This document shows positions 27,236 through 36,579 of a stretch of DNA of 64,000 nt, in pieces. Under the pieces are notes generated by a model, which saw only the letters and a program-made list of their open reading frames with translations, was not told the DNA's origin and did not search any database. Within the stretch, counting starts at the first letter, position 1. Every line of letters begins with the position of its first letter. The position numbers and the translations under genes are program-made. This DNA is from Limisphaerales bacterium (lineage in GTDB: Bacteria; Verrucomicrobiota; Verrucomicrobiia; Limisphaerales; DSYF01), in the NCBI GenBank assembly GCA_046290825.1, contig JBKBTZ010000005.1:6873-70872 (forward strand), read 5' to 3'.

Positions 27236-28621
27236 CTACCTCGTCGCCGGCTGGAAGGGCAGTTGCGACTGCACCTGCGAGGCGGCCTGCGTCGGGCTGA
27301 GGTTCTTCGCGTCGGCCAGGCCGGCGGCCTGACCGGCCACGAGCGCCGAGGCGGCCGAGGTGCCGGAAATGAGATACGTCTGCCCGTTGTAGGTGACCAC
27401 GCTGGTGCCCGGGGCCATCACGTCCACAAAACTCCCCACGTTGGCGTAGGGCGCGGGCTGGCCGTTCTGCCCAGCGGTGACGGCCGTGACCTGGGGATAA
27501 GCGGCGGGATACGTCGGCGTGGTGACGGGCTGGTTGCCCGCCGCCGCGAAAATGGGGATGCCGGATTTGCTGACGGACTCGATGACGCTGCGCAGGAACG
27601 CGCTGTCCGCCGTGCTGCCCAAGCTGAGATTGATGACATTTGCGCCGCCGTTGACCGCCGCCATGATGCCGACGGCCACGTCGTAGGTGGAGGCCAATTG
27701 GTTCCGGCCATACACGTCCACCGGCAGAATCTGCGCGGAGGTGCTGCCGCCGGTCGCCTGCTGCAGGCCGTTAAGCAGCGTGTTCGCCATCGAGGTGCCG
27801 TGGGTGGGGCTGGTGCCGGACGCCGCCCCTTCGCCCGCCACGGAAATCGCCGGCAACAGGAAGCGGTCCAGCCCGTTGCCCAGCGGTTGCACCGCCGTGT
27901 CAATCAACCCCACCACAACGCGCCCGTCGCCCGTCGGCGGCTTGAGCGTCAACTGCGGCGGGCCAACATGCCGGCCCGGCGCAGCCTGCGGGGAAGGCGG
28001 ACGGTCCACGGTGTAGTTGTAATCCACCCCCTCGACGCCCGGATCATCGAGCAGTTTTTCGCGGGCCGTGTCACGCGCCTTCTCATCTTCGAATTCGAGG
28101 CGATACACGCCAATCTTGTCCAGCCGGCCCGTGATTTTCGCACCCAGCTTCTTTGCCAGTTCCGCGATGTCCGTGCCGGGCATGATTTTGATGACCAGCT
28201 CGTTGGCGATGCGCCGGTCCGCGCTGTCCGCGTCCACGCCGCGAATCAGCCGCGTCGCGGCATCGCGTGAGGAGCGAAAGACAAACAGGCGCGTCGGCCC
28301 GTCCGGCTGCGGCGCGAAGGCGTAGTTCAGGTCGCCCAGCAGCACACGCATTGCCTCGCCCCGGCTCAGGCCGGCGAATTTGGTGGTGATGGTCTTGCCC
28401 GGGGTGGGTTCGAGATAGATGTGCCAGCCGGTCTTGGTGGCCAGCCGGTCCAGCACGGGAATGAGCGGGGCGTCCTGCAAATCCACGTCCAGTGTCTGTG
28501 TGTCGGGCCGCCAGACCAGTGAATCGGCCGCCGCAAGATGCGGGGCCGCTCCCAGCAAAACTCCAGCCATCACAAGCGCGGGAAGAAACTCCAGCCACCG
28601 GTTCATGCGTGTTTGGACCAT
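27236..28621 (-). CDS. Secreted S8 (subtilisin-like) peptidase with N-terminal STN/secretin-N0-like domain
   Basis: Catalytic D (GLIDT), H (THGT), oxyanion N (AAGN), S (SGTS); signal peptide; alternative start 28606. Confidence 0.85.
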   Translation of the reverse strand: MVQTRMNRWLEFLPALVMAGVLLGAAPHLAAADSLVWRPDTQTLDVDLQDAPLIPVLDRLATKTGWHIYLEPTPGKTITTKFAGLSRGEAMRVLLGDLNYAFAPQPDGPTRLFVFRSSRDAATRLIRGVDADSADRRIANELVIKIMPGTDIAELAKKLGAKITGRLDKIGVYRLEFEDEKARDTAREKLLDDPGVEGVDYNYTVDRPPSPQAAPGRHVGPPQLTLKPPTGDGRVVVGLIDTAVQPLGNGLDRFLLPAISVAGEGAASGTSPTHGTSMANTLLNGLQQATGGSTSAQILPVDVYGRNQLASTYDVAVGIMAAVNGGANVINLSLGSTADSAFLRSVIESVSKSGIPIFAAAGNQPVTTPTYPAAYPQVTAVTAGQNGQPAPYANVGSFVDVMAPGTSVVTYNGQTYLISGTSAASALVAGQAAGLADAKNLSPTQAASQVQSQLPFQPATR

Positions 28622-28863
28622 GCCCGGGAGTGTCGGTTCGAAATCCGTCCGGCGCAACTGGAACGTGCACGGGCAAAAGATGCCCCCCGCCGTTCCGTAA
28701 AAGCGTTCGTCCGCGAGCGGCCATCCCCTTCCTCGTCGGCGGCAACCCGCCCGGAACCGCCGAATGCAGCGAGTCCACCGCGGTTCAAACCCCCGCATTT
28801 TCGTGCGGTTGAGGGTTGGCGTTCCAGGCTTATCTTGCGCGCAAGCTGCCAACTCATCCGCCC

Positions 28864-31800
28864 ATGCATTTCCCTGTCGTGTCCCTTTTCGGTCGCCGCC
28901 TGTCGCGCCGGTTTGCCGTCCTGCTCCTGCCCGTGCTGCTGCTCGGGAGCGCGCCCGCCGCGCGCGGCGAGGCCATGCTCCAGTTGTTCAACGTGAACTG
29001 GGATGAGCTGGCCCAGAAAATGCCGGAAATCGCCGAGGCCGGTTACACAAGCCTGTGGTTGCCCCCGCCCGCCAAGGCCGGCAGCGTGTTTTCGGTGGGT
29101 TACGATTTGTTCGACCCCTTCGATCTGGGCGACAAGAACCAGCGCGGCACCGTCCGCACCCGTTACGGCACCAAGGAGGAGCTGCTCCGGGTCGTGGAAC
29201 TCGCGCACCGTTTCGGCCTCCGCGTCTATTTCGACAACATCATGAACCATCGCGGGTTCGACACGCCCGGCTACAACGCCAACACGCCCACCAACCTCTA
29301 TCCCGGCCTGACGGTCGGCGACTTCCACCTGCAACGCCTCGCCAATGGCGAGCACCGGAACTGGAACAGCATCAGCGATTACAACAACCTGTTCCAGGTC
29401 CAGAACCGTCCCCTCTTCGGCCTGGTGGACCTTGCGAACGAACCTGGTTCCCTCAATCTCAATTACGGCCTCACCGAAGGCAGCACCCTGCCCAAGCCCG
29501 TGTTCGTCCGGCAGCCCGCCAATCCCAGCTATTACATGGACACCAACCTCCCGCCCATTGCCGGCCCGTGGCGACCCTTCAACGGCAACAATGGCGACCC
29601 CGTCCCGGAGGACGTCAACGCCCATCTCATCCGCGCCGCGCTCTGGATGGTGAACGAGACGAAGTGCGACGGGTTCCGGTTCGATGCCGTGAAGCACACG
29701 CCTTCGACGTTCTTCGGCTCCACATCGGCCACGCCCGACGGCTACACGGGCGCGATCCAGACCATGTTTGATTACGTTCACGGTTACGGCAACAACGCGC
29801 TGGGCAACGGCTACATCGAGGGCGACAGCAACCGGAACAGTTGCTTCGACACCGAGGCGCCCCGCAACGATGCCCTGCTCTTCGGCGAGCACCTCGGCCA
29901 GCCGCCGGGTTTCCAGGAATACATTGACCGCGGCATGCGGTTGCTCGGCGCGCCGCTCCATTTCCACCTCAACAACGTCTTCGGCAACCCCTCCGCCTCA
30001 CTGGCGGGCCTCGAGCAGCGCGACCCGGCCGCCGCGTCGTTCAGCCCGATCAACAGCGTGCTGTTCGCGCAGAGTCATGACGACGGTTTCGCCAATCGCC
30101 GCGAACTGCACAACGCCTACAACTTCTTCCGCGAAGGCCTGCCCTCCATCTACTCCGACGGCTACAACCAGTCCGGCGCGCCTGATTACTTTCCGCGCGT
30201 GGCCAACGCCCCCTACCTCGGCCAGTTCGGCGACAACAAGATGCCCGAAGTGGCGTGGCTGCATCATCAACTCGCCCGCGGCGGCACCCGTCCCCGCTGG
30301 GGTGACGCCGACATCGTGGCCTTCGAACGCTACGACTACCGCGAGCCGGGCAGCGCCGCGGACCAGACCGTCGTGTTGTTCGCGCTCAACGACAATTACG
30401 GCTTCCCCGGCGACGTCGCGTTTGTGGACGGCGAGGGCGAGGCGTTCCCGTCCGGGGTCAACCGCCCGCCCGGCGCCGGCAGCGACTCGCAGGGCCTGGC
30501 CGTTGGTTTCCCGCCCGGCTCCGTGCTCTCGCAACTGGCCGTCAGCACGCCCGGTTATGACCGCACCTACAAGCGCGTCACCGTCCGCCCGGCCACCAAC
30601 AGCCGCTCGGTCGCGCAGGCCAGCGGCGGCACCACCGTGTATGTCGGCAGCCAGACGATTCCGCCCGGCGGCGGCGCGATTGAAATCCTCATCCCCAGCG
30701 GCGGCTACGTCGCCTACGGTTACCACTGGCCCGAACCCAGCCGCGCCAACCGCAAAGACGTCATCACCCTCCGCCAGGGCGGCCAGGACGCGCCGCGGAT
30801 CACCGTGTTCCGGCGCGACGGCGTGAACGGCGACGACGGCTTCAATCCCATCTACCCGTTCCGCCACCGCGGCAGCGTGAACGAACACGGTCAAACCGTC
30901 GGCGGCGTCAATGTCTCGAACAAGACCTACGCCATTGACGTGCCCATCCTGACCAACGCGCCCTTCGACCTCGTGTTCCGCGTGGACGGCTCCGCCAACA
31001 ACATCCTCGCCAAGCTCGACGGCGGCATGGACCTGAACAGCCACCTGGGCTTCGGCCCGCTCACCGGCGACAAGCGCGACAACAAGCCCGGCACCGCCAC
31101 CGATGTCTTCCTCGGCTACGAACAGGCGCAATTCGTGTCGCGCACCGGCCCCGAGAAGTTCGCCGCCATGGCCACCAACCGGAACAACACCGTCTCCGAG
31201 GGCGCCGAGACCTATCACTACTTCGTGGGCAACAGCGCCAGCAACCGCGTGGTCAACGGCAACGGCAACGACTGGACCGTCACCAACGCCACCCCCGTCT
31301 TCGCCATTCACAGCCCGAGCAACGCGACCACCATCGTGGGCGGCGGCCCCGCCACCCAGCGCGTCCCGCTGAACCCCGTCGCCGGGCAGGACGTGGACAT
31401 CTACATCCGTGCCGGATTCAAGTTCCACATGGACCGCTGCCGCCTTTACTACACCACCGACGGCTCGAACCCCGAGGGCGCGTTCGGCGTCGGGCGCGGC
31501 ACGACCAAGGTGGTCTCCGGTTCGTGGGTCAATGAGGATTCCCTCAACAACCAGGTGGACTGGTGGAAGGCCACCATTCCCGCCGCCGACAACACCAACG
31601 GCGCCCAAATCCGCTACAAGATCGGCCTCTACCAGAATTTCGTCCTGCCCATCTCCGACGCGCTCAAGGACCGGCAGTTCGGGCTGACCACCTTCGCCAT
31701 CACGAATTTCAACCCGACCACCGCCGCGGTCTGGCTGCACAACAACCTCAACCCGGCGCACACCGCCACCGGCCTCGCCGAGGGTTTCCACATCGTCCGC

Positions 31801-32889
31801 GCCCGCACCTTCCTGCCGCGCGACGGCAAATCGTCCGTGTTCAACACCTTCGCCCAGACGTTCTACTACGACGCCGCGCCGCCCGAGGCGGCCATCGCCT
31901 TCCCGACCAACGGGGCCAGCATCGCCGTGGTGAATTACGAGGTCATCATCCGCACCGACGCCTCCGCCACCGGCGTCGAAGTCAACATCCTCGACAGCAG
32001 CGCCGCCAACGACGACGCCGTCACCGGCCTGCTCCAGGGCAACGGTCTGACCAACGGCGTGCCCGCCTTCGCCCCCGCCAACCCGGTCAGCCCCGCGCCC
32101 ACGCTCGACCCGCTCTATCCCGGCCTGCCCAAGGAATGGCGTTTCACCTACGCGGGCGTGCCCAGCAGCGGCACGGCCCTGCTCACGGTCCGCATCCGCG
32201 AGGCCACCACCGCCGTCCTGCCGGGCCGGGTCACGATCCTGACCAACACGGTGAACACCGTGGCCCCGGCCCGCGTGCTCTACTTCAGCACGCCCGCCAG
32301 CAACGGGCCCATCGCCCTCGCCGCCACCAACTCCACCATCTTGTTGCGCGCCTGCAACACCACCTCCGGTGCCGAAACCGCCAACCCGAACAATTATTCG
32401 CTCAAGATCAATGGCGTTTCGATCAATCCCACGAACTGGGTCTTCGGGACCAGTCCGGCCTGCGGGGCGGGCTTCAACTCCCTCGCCTACCGCTGGGGCA
32501 ACATCCCTGCCGGCACCAACGTCCTCGAAGTTACTTTCACCGGCTCCGTGGTCCTCTCCGACACCCGCGTGGTCGTCATCAGCTATCCGCCCCCGCCCGA
32601 CCTCGACAGCGATGGCGATGGCATGAGCGATTTACACGAAAGCATCGCGGGCACCAACCCGAACGACCCGAACGATGTCCTCCGCATCATCGAACTGGCC
32701 GACGGCAACCGCGCCGTCATCTGGGCCAGCGTGGCCGGGAAGGTCTATCGTGTGCTGGCCACCACCGACCTGACGCAACCGTTGCAGCCCGTCAGCGGCC
32801 TGATCCAGGCCAGCGGCGAACTGACGTTCTTCTACGACAACGCCGATTCGGAAGATCAAAGGTTCTATCGCAGTGGGGTTGTGCTGTGA
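28864..32889 (+). CDS. Large secreted GH13 alpha-amylase family protein
   Basis: Signal peptide, YTSLWLPP, DNIMNH, GFRFDAVKH, FGEHL, QSHDD; long beta-rich tail ending DSDGDGM...RFYR. Confidence 0.88.
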   Translation: MHFPVVSLFGRRLSRRFAVLLLPVLLLGSAPAARGEAMLQLFNVNWDELAQKMPEIAEAGYTSLWLPPPAKAGSVFSVGYDLFDPFDLGDKNQRGTVRTRYGTKEELLRVVELAHRFGLRVYFDNIMNHRGFDTPGYNANTPTNLYPGLTVGDFHLQRLANGEHRNWNSISDYNNLFQVQNRPLFGLVDLANEPGSLNLNYGLTEGSTLPKPVFVRQPANPSYYMDTNLPPIAGPWRPFNGNNGDPVPEDVNAHLIRAALWMVNETKCDGFRFDAVKHTPSTFFGSTSATPDGYTGAIQTMFDYVHGYGNNALGNGYIEGDSNRNSCFDTEAPRNDALLFGEHLGQPPGFQEYIDRGMRLLGAPLHFHLNNVFGNPSASLAGLEQRDPAAASFSPINSVLFAQSHDDGFANRRELHNAYNFFREGLPSIYSDGYNQSGAPDYFPRVANAPYLGQFGDNKMPEVAWLHHQLARGGTRPRWGDADIVAFERYDYREPGSAADQTVVLFALNDNYGFPGDVAFVDGEGEAFPSGVNRPPGAGSDSQGLAVGFPPGSVLSQLAVSTPGYDRTYKRVTVRPATNSRSVAQASGGTTVYVGSQTIPPGGGAIEILIPSGGYVAYGYHWPEPSRANRKDVITLRQGGQDAPRITVFRRDGVNGDDGFNPIYPFRHRGSVNEHGQTVGGVNVSNKTYAIDVPILTNAPFDLVFRVDGSANNILAKLDGGMDLNSHLGFGPLTGDKRDNKPGTATDVFLGYEQAQFVSRTGPEKFAAMATNRNNTVSEGAETYHYFVGNSASNRVVNGNGNDWTVTNATPVFAIHSPSNATTIVGGGPATQRVPLNPVAGQDVDIYIRAGFKFHMDRCRLYYTTDGSNPEGAFGVGRGTTKVVSGSWVNEDSLNNQVDWWKATIPAADNTNGAQIRYKIGLYQNFVLPISDALKDRQFGLTTFAITNFNPTTAAVWLHNNLNPAHTATGLAEGFHIVRARTFLPRDGKSSVFNTFAQTFYYDAAPPEAAIAFPTNGASIAVVNYEVIIRTDASATGVEVNILDSSAANDDAVTGLLQGNGLTNGVPAFAPANPVSPAPTLDPLYPGLPKEWRFTYAGVPSSGTALLTVRIREATTAVLPGRVTILTNTVNTVAPARVLYFSTPASNGPIALAATNSTILLRACNTTSGAETANPNNYSLKINGVSINPTNWVFGTSPACGAGFNSLAYRWGNIPAGTNVLEVTFTGSVVLSDTRVVVISYPPPPDLDSDGDGMSDLHESIAGTNPNDPNDVLRIIELADGNRAVIWASVAGKVYRVLATTDLTQPLQPVSGLIQASGELTFFYDNADSEDQRFYRSGVVL

Positions 32890-32990
32890 GTCATGCGGGG
32901 GGGCGTGCGGGCCGGTGGCGGGCAGGCCGCCGGTCCGGCCCGCCTCGCCATCTGATGGAAAGTTCCTGAATGTCACTATTGCCTACGCTC

Positions 32991-33089
32991 GTGCCCCTCT
33001 CCCGGCCTTCCGCCTCCGATCAAGCCGCGGCGGACGGCTCGTCCGCCCTCTCCCCATTTGACGGGGAGAGGGAAGGGATGAGGGGGCAA
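32991..33089. repeat. REP-like composite palindrome
   Basis: CCCTCTCCCC-N7-GGGGAGAGGG (33046-33072), GGCGGACG-N3-CGTCCGCC (33029-33047) and partly complementary outer arms. Confidence 0.65.
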
Positions 33090-33171
33090 TGGCTTGCAAG
33101 TGCCCCACACAAATCATTGACCGCTCCGCCCTTCATCAACCTTTAACATCACCCCCTCAACTCCCCACCCC

Positions 33172-36114
33172 ATGCGCCAAATCCTGATCGCCCTAGCCGT
33201 TGCCCTCGCCACGCTCCCCGCCGCCGCCATCCCCGTCCTCTCGGTCAATGGCGTCAACGCCAACTACACCACCACGCACGTCTTCGTGGATGAGGTCGCG
33301 GGCACCACCGTGCCGCTGAACATCGTCTTCCAGCCCAACGCGGCGAACCTCACCGCCATCGAGGTGTTCAGCAACCTCAACCGCCGCGACCGTGCCGCGC
33401 TCGATGCCGATGGCGACGGCGTGCAGGACGGCATCCTCCCGCCCAGCGGCAACCTCGTGACGGCAGGCAGCGACGCGCACTACTACAAGGCCTACACCAT
33501 GAACGACGCGGGCGGCGGCACGTTCACCCTCACCCTGCTGGCCAGCAACACCGGCGCGTATCGCCTCACCGCGCGCTACAAGGTCACCGGCAACCCCAAC
33601 TGGATTTACTACAACGACTTTGACGGCTCGCCCGGCGTCCGCCAGCGCGACCATGCCATCGTCGTCTCGCCCGTGAACGCCCGCGACATGCGCTTTTACG
33701 AACTCAACGCGCTCACCGTTGAATCCGAGGGCCTGCTCGAATCCCAGCGCAGCACCTTCGTGGACCTGTGGGATGGTCCGGGCGCGACCCGCACGCCGCG
33801 TTGGAATCTCACCTACGTCACCAACCTCGGCGTGAACTGGCTCTGGTTCCAGCCCATCCATCCCTACGGCGTGGATGGCCGTCACCTGAGCGCCGCCGAC
33901 ATCAACGCGCGCGGCCCCGGCCCCTGCGCGTTCACCACCTGGCGCTGGAACGGCGGATCGCCTTTCGAGGACGTGAACTACCCCTACGCCCTCGGCAGCC
34001 CCTACGCCGTGAAGAATTTCTGGGAGGTCGAACCGCGCCTCAGCAAGGCCAACACCCGCGCCGCCGCCATGCAGGAGTTCACCAACTTTGTCGCCGCCGC
34101 CGATGCCGCCGGGGTCAGCATCATGCTCGACGCCGCCTTCAACCACACCGCGTGGGACGTGGAACTGGGCGAATTCGGCCGCCAGTTGTTCTCCCCTGCC
34201 AGCAGCCCCACCACCGAAATCCGCAACGTCGAGGCCCGCTTCTTCTCCCGCGTGGACGACTACTACCAGCGCGCCTTCAACGCCGGCTCCATTGCTCCCG
34301 CCCCGGACCGCTACGACTTCGGCAAATGGCTCGACGCGAAGGACGTGTTCTTTGGCCGCTACGCCGCGCTCTGGCAGAACGCCGGCAGCACCGGCAAGCA
34401 GACCGACGAGGGCGACTGGTTCGATTACAGCGTCGCCACCGGCAACTTCGACGTCTATACCCACAACGTCTGGCGCTACTTCGCGGAATACGCGATCTAC
34501 TGGATGGACAAGACCGGCCACCCCGTCGGCACTCCGAAGAACCAGGCGCACAAGGGCATTGACGGCCTCCGCTGCGACTTCGGCCAGGGCCTCCCGCCGC
34601 AGGCTTGGGAATACATCATCAACCGCTGCCGCAACGTGAAGTGGAACTTCGTCTGGATGTCCGAATCCCTCGACGGCGGCCCCGTCACCTATCGCTCGAA
34701 CCGCCACTTCGACATCCTCAACGAGGACCTCGTCTTCGCCCTCAAGAGCGCCACCACCGCCTCCGCCTACCGCAGCGCCTTCGACAACCGCCGCACCGCC
34801 TACGGCCAGGGCCTCGTCCTGCTCAACACCACCTCGCACGACGAGCAGAACTTCGCCGACCCGTGGCAGGCGCTCATCCGCTTCGGTGTCGCCAGCACCG
34901 TGGACGGCGCGCCCATGATCTTCCAGGGCCAGGAACTCGGCCTGTCCGACTTCTTCGGCTACGACCTCATGGAAAAAAACCTCTGCAAGTATGTCCCGCA
35001 CTTCAAAACGTGGAACTCGATGATGCCCCTCTGGCTCGACGCCGACTTTGGCAACGACCAGTTGTATCCCGTCTATGCCGCCATCAACCACGCCCGCGCC
35101 GGCAGCCCCGCGCTGCGCAGCTCGAACCGCTGGTTCCTCAACCAGACCTCCGGCTCGCCGCAGGAAGCCATCTTCTCCATCGCCAAATACGAGAACCCCG
35201 GCCTCCCGCCCAACCTCTCCGACGTCGTCTTCGGCTTCGTCAACCTCGACCGCAACAACAACCAGTCAGGCACGTTCAACGTCAACATCGCCTCCGGCGG
35301 CTCGAACCTCTTCGGCATCAAGGCGGGCCGCACCTACAACGTGAAAAACATTTCCGCCTACACCGGCGCGGACCCGAACCGGCGCAACGTCTGGCTCTGG
35401 GGTGCCGGCCTGAGCGGGTCCACCATTCTCTCCGGCGGCATCTTCGTCGGCCTGAATCGCGTGCCCACCAGCGCCGCCGCGTGGACCAACGCTCCCTTCG
35501 AGGCGCAGTTCCTCAAGCTCTACGACGTGACCCCGCCCGCCGCTCCCGCCGCGCCCGCCGCCCCTGCCGGCTGGGCCATCGGCACCAACGCCACGTTCAA
35601 CTGGACCGCCGCCAACGAGCCTGAAGGCGGCGTCTCCGGCTACCGCCTCATCGTCGGCACCACGCCCGGCGCGTCGAATGTGTTCAACGGCGTGGTGGGC
35701 GGCCTCGCGCAAACCGCGACCGGCGCGCATGGCCAGACCCTTTACGCCCGGCTTGCGGTCATCAACAACGCCGGCATCGAAGGCCCATTCGGCCCCGTCA
35801 GCGCGGGCGTGCTGCTGCTCGACCCCAACGGCGACCAGGACGGCGACGGCATGACCAACGCCGCCGAAGCGCAGGCCGGCACCGACCCGCTGAACCCGGC
35901 TTCGCTCCTCCGCATCCTCTGGCAAACCGGCGCGAATCAAATCACGTGGTCGAGCGTGCCCGGCAAGAGTTACCGCGTGCAGATGACCACCAATCTGCTG
36001 GTGCCTTTTGCTGACCACGGCCCCGTCACCAACGCCACCGGCCCCGCCACCACCTACACCGACCCCACCGCCACCAACGCCCAGCGCTTCTACCGCGTCC
36101 GCCTGGTGCCGTGA
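33172..36114 (+). CDS. Secreted GH13-like glycoside hydrolase with FN3-like and RFYR C-terminal domains
   Basis: Signal peptide, WFQPIHP, GSPYAVKNF, DAAFNH, GLRCDFGQG, MSESL, TSHDE. Confidence 0.82.
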   Translation: MRQILIALAVALATLPAAAIPVLSVNGVNANYTTTHVFVDEVAGTTVPLNIVFQPNAANLTAIEVFSNLNRRDRAALDADGDGVQDGILPPSGNLVTAGSDAHYYKAYTMNDAGGGTFTLTLLASNTGAYRLTARYKVTGNPNWIYYNDFDGSPGVRQRDHAIVVSPVNARDMRFYELNALTVESEGLLESQRSTFVDLWDGPGATRTPRWNLTYVTNLGVNWLWFQPIHPYGVDGRHLSAADINARGPGPCAFTTWRWNGGSPFEDVNYPYALGSPYAVKNFWEVEPRLSKANTRAAAMQEFTNFVAAADAAGVSIMLDAAFNHTAWDVELGEFGRQLFSPASSPTTEIRNVEARFFSRVDDYYQRAFNAGSIAPAPDRYDFGKWLDAKDVFFGRYAALWQNAGSTGKQTDEGDWFDYSVATGNFDVYTHNVWRYFAEYAIYWMDKTGHPVGTPKNQAHKGIDGLRCDFGQGLPPQAWEYIINRCRNVKWNFVWMSESLDGGPVTYRSNRHFDILNEDLVFALKSATTASAYRSAFDNRRTAYGQGLVLLNTTSHDEQNFADPWQALIRFGVASTVDGAPMIFQGQELGLSDFFGYDLMEKNLCKYVPHFKTWNSMMPLWLDADFGNDQLYPVYAAINHARAGSPALRSSNRWFLNQTSGSPQEAIFSIAKYENPGLPPNLSDVVFGFVNLDRNNNQSGTFNVNIASGGSNLFGIKAGRTYNVKNISAYTGADPNRRNVWLWGAGLSGSTILSGGIFVGLNRVPTSAAAWTNAPFEAQFLKLYDVTPPAAPAAPAAPAGWAIGTNATFNWTAANEPEGGVSGYRLIVGTTPGASNVFNGVVGGLAQTATGAHGQTLYARLAVINNAGIEGPFGPVSAGVLLLDPNGDQDGDGMTNAAEAQAGTDPLNPASLLRILWQTGANQITWSSVPGKSYRVQMTTNLLVPFADHGPVTNATGPATTYTDPTATNAQRFYRVRLVP

Positions 36115-36115
36115 T

Positions 36116-36450
36116 TTGGCGCCTTTGGATTCCGCAGCGGTGCAGCGTGGCGGCGGTCGGCAATCCCGCCGCCATTCCTCCGGGAAAACGGGGATGCCGA
36201 ACGGCACTCCCGCCATCGGAGCAATGCAGCTTACGGCTTTCTCCCGAAAGCCGCCACGGGCGCGGCCGGCGCGAAGCGCTTTGGACTGCGGCGGCCCTGC
36301 CGCCGCTTTCCCGGAATGACCCGCCGCACGCCGGGCACCCGAGGCCGATTGCCCCATCCCACCGCCCATGTCGCCAAGCTGTCTGTCCGGTCCGCTCCGC
36401 CTTCGTGTTTCCTTCGTGTCCTTCGTGTGATTCTTGGTTCATCAGAGTTT
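36116..36450. repeat. Intergenic cluster of REP-like palindromes and a 9-bp array
   Basis: GGCGGCGG...CCGCC hairpin, TTTGGACTGCGGCGGCCCTGCCGCCGCTTT palindrome, CCTTCGTGT x3 at 36400-36428. Confidence 0.55.
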
Positions 36451-36579
36451 TTCCGATCCGGCCTTTCCCCGGGCCGCTCGGCGGCACCCACGAGGTCGCC
36501 CGCCTGGTTTTTGGACGGCGCGCACCGGCTGGGGAAAATCTGCTCGCGCCCGGGGAAGGCCCCCGTTAACTAGAAGGCC

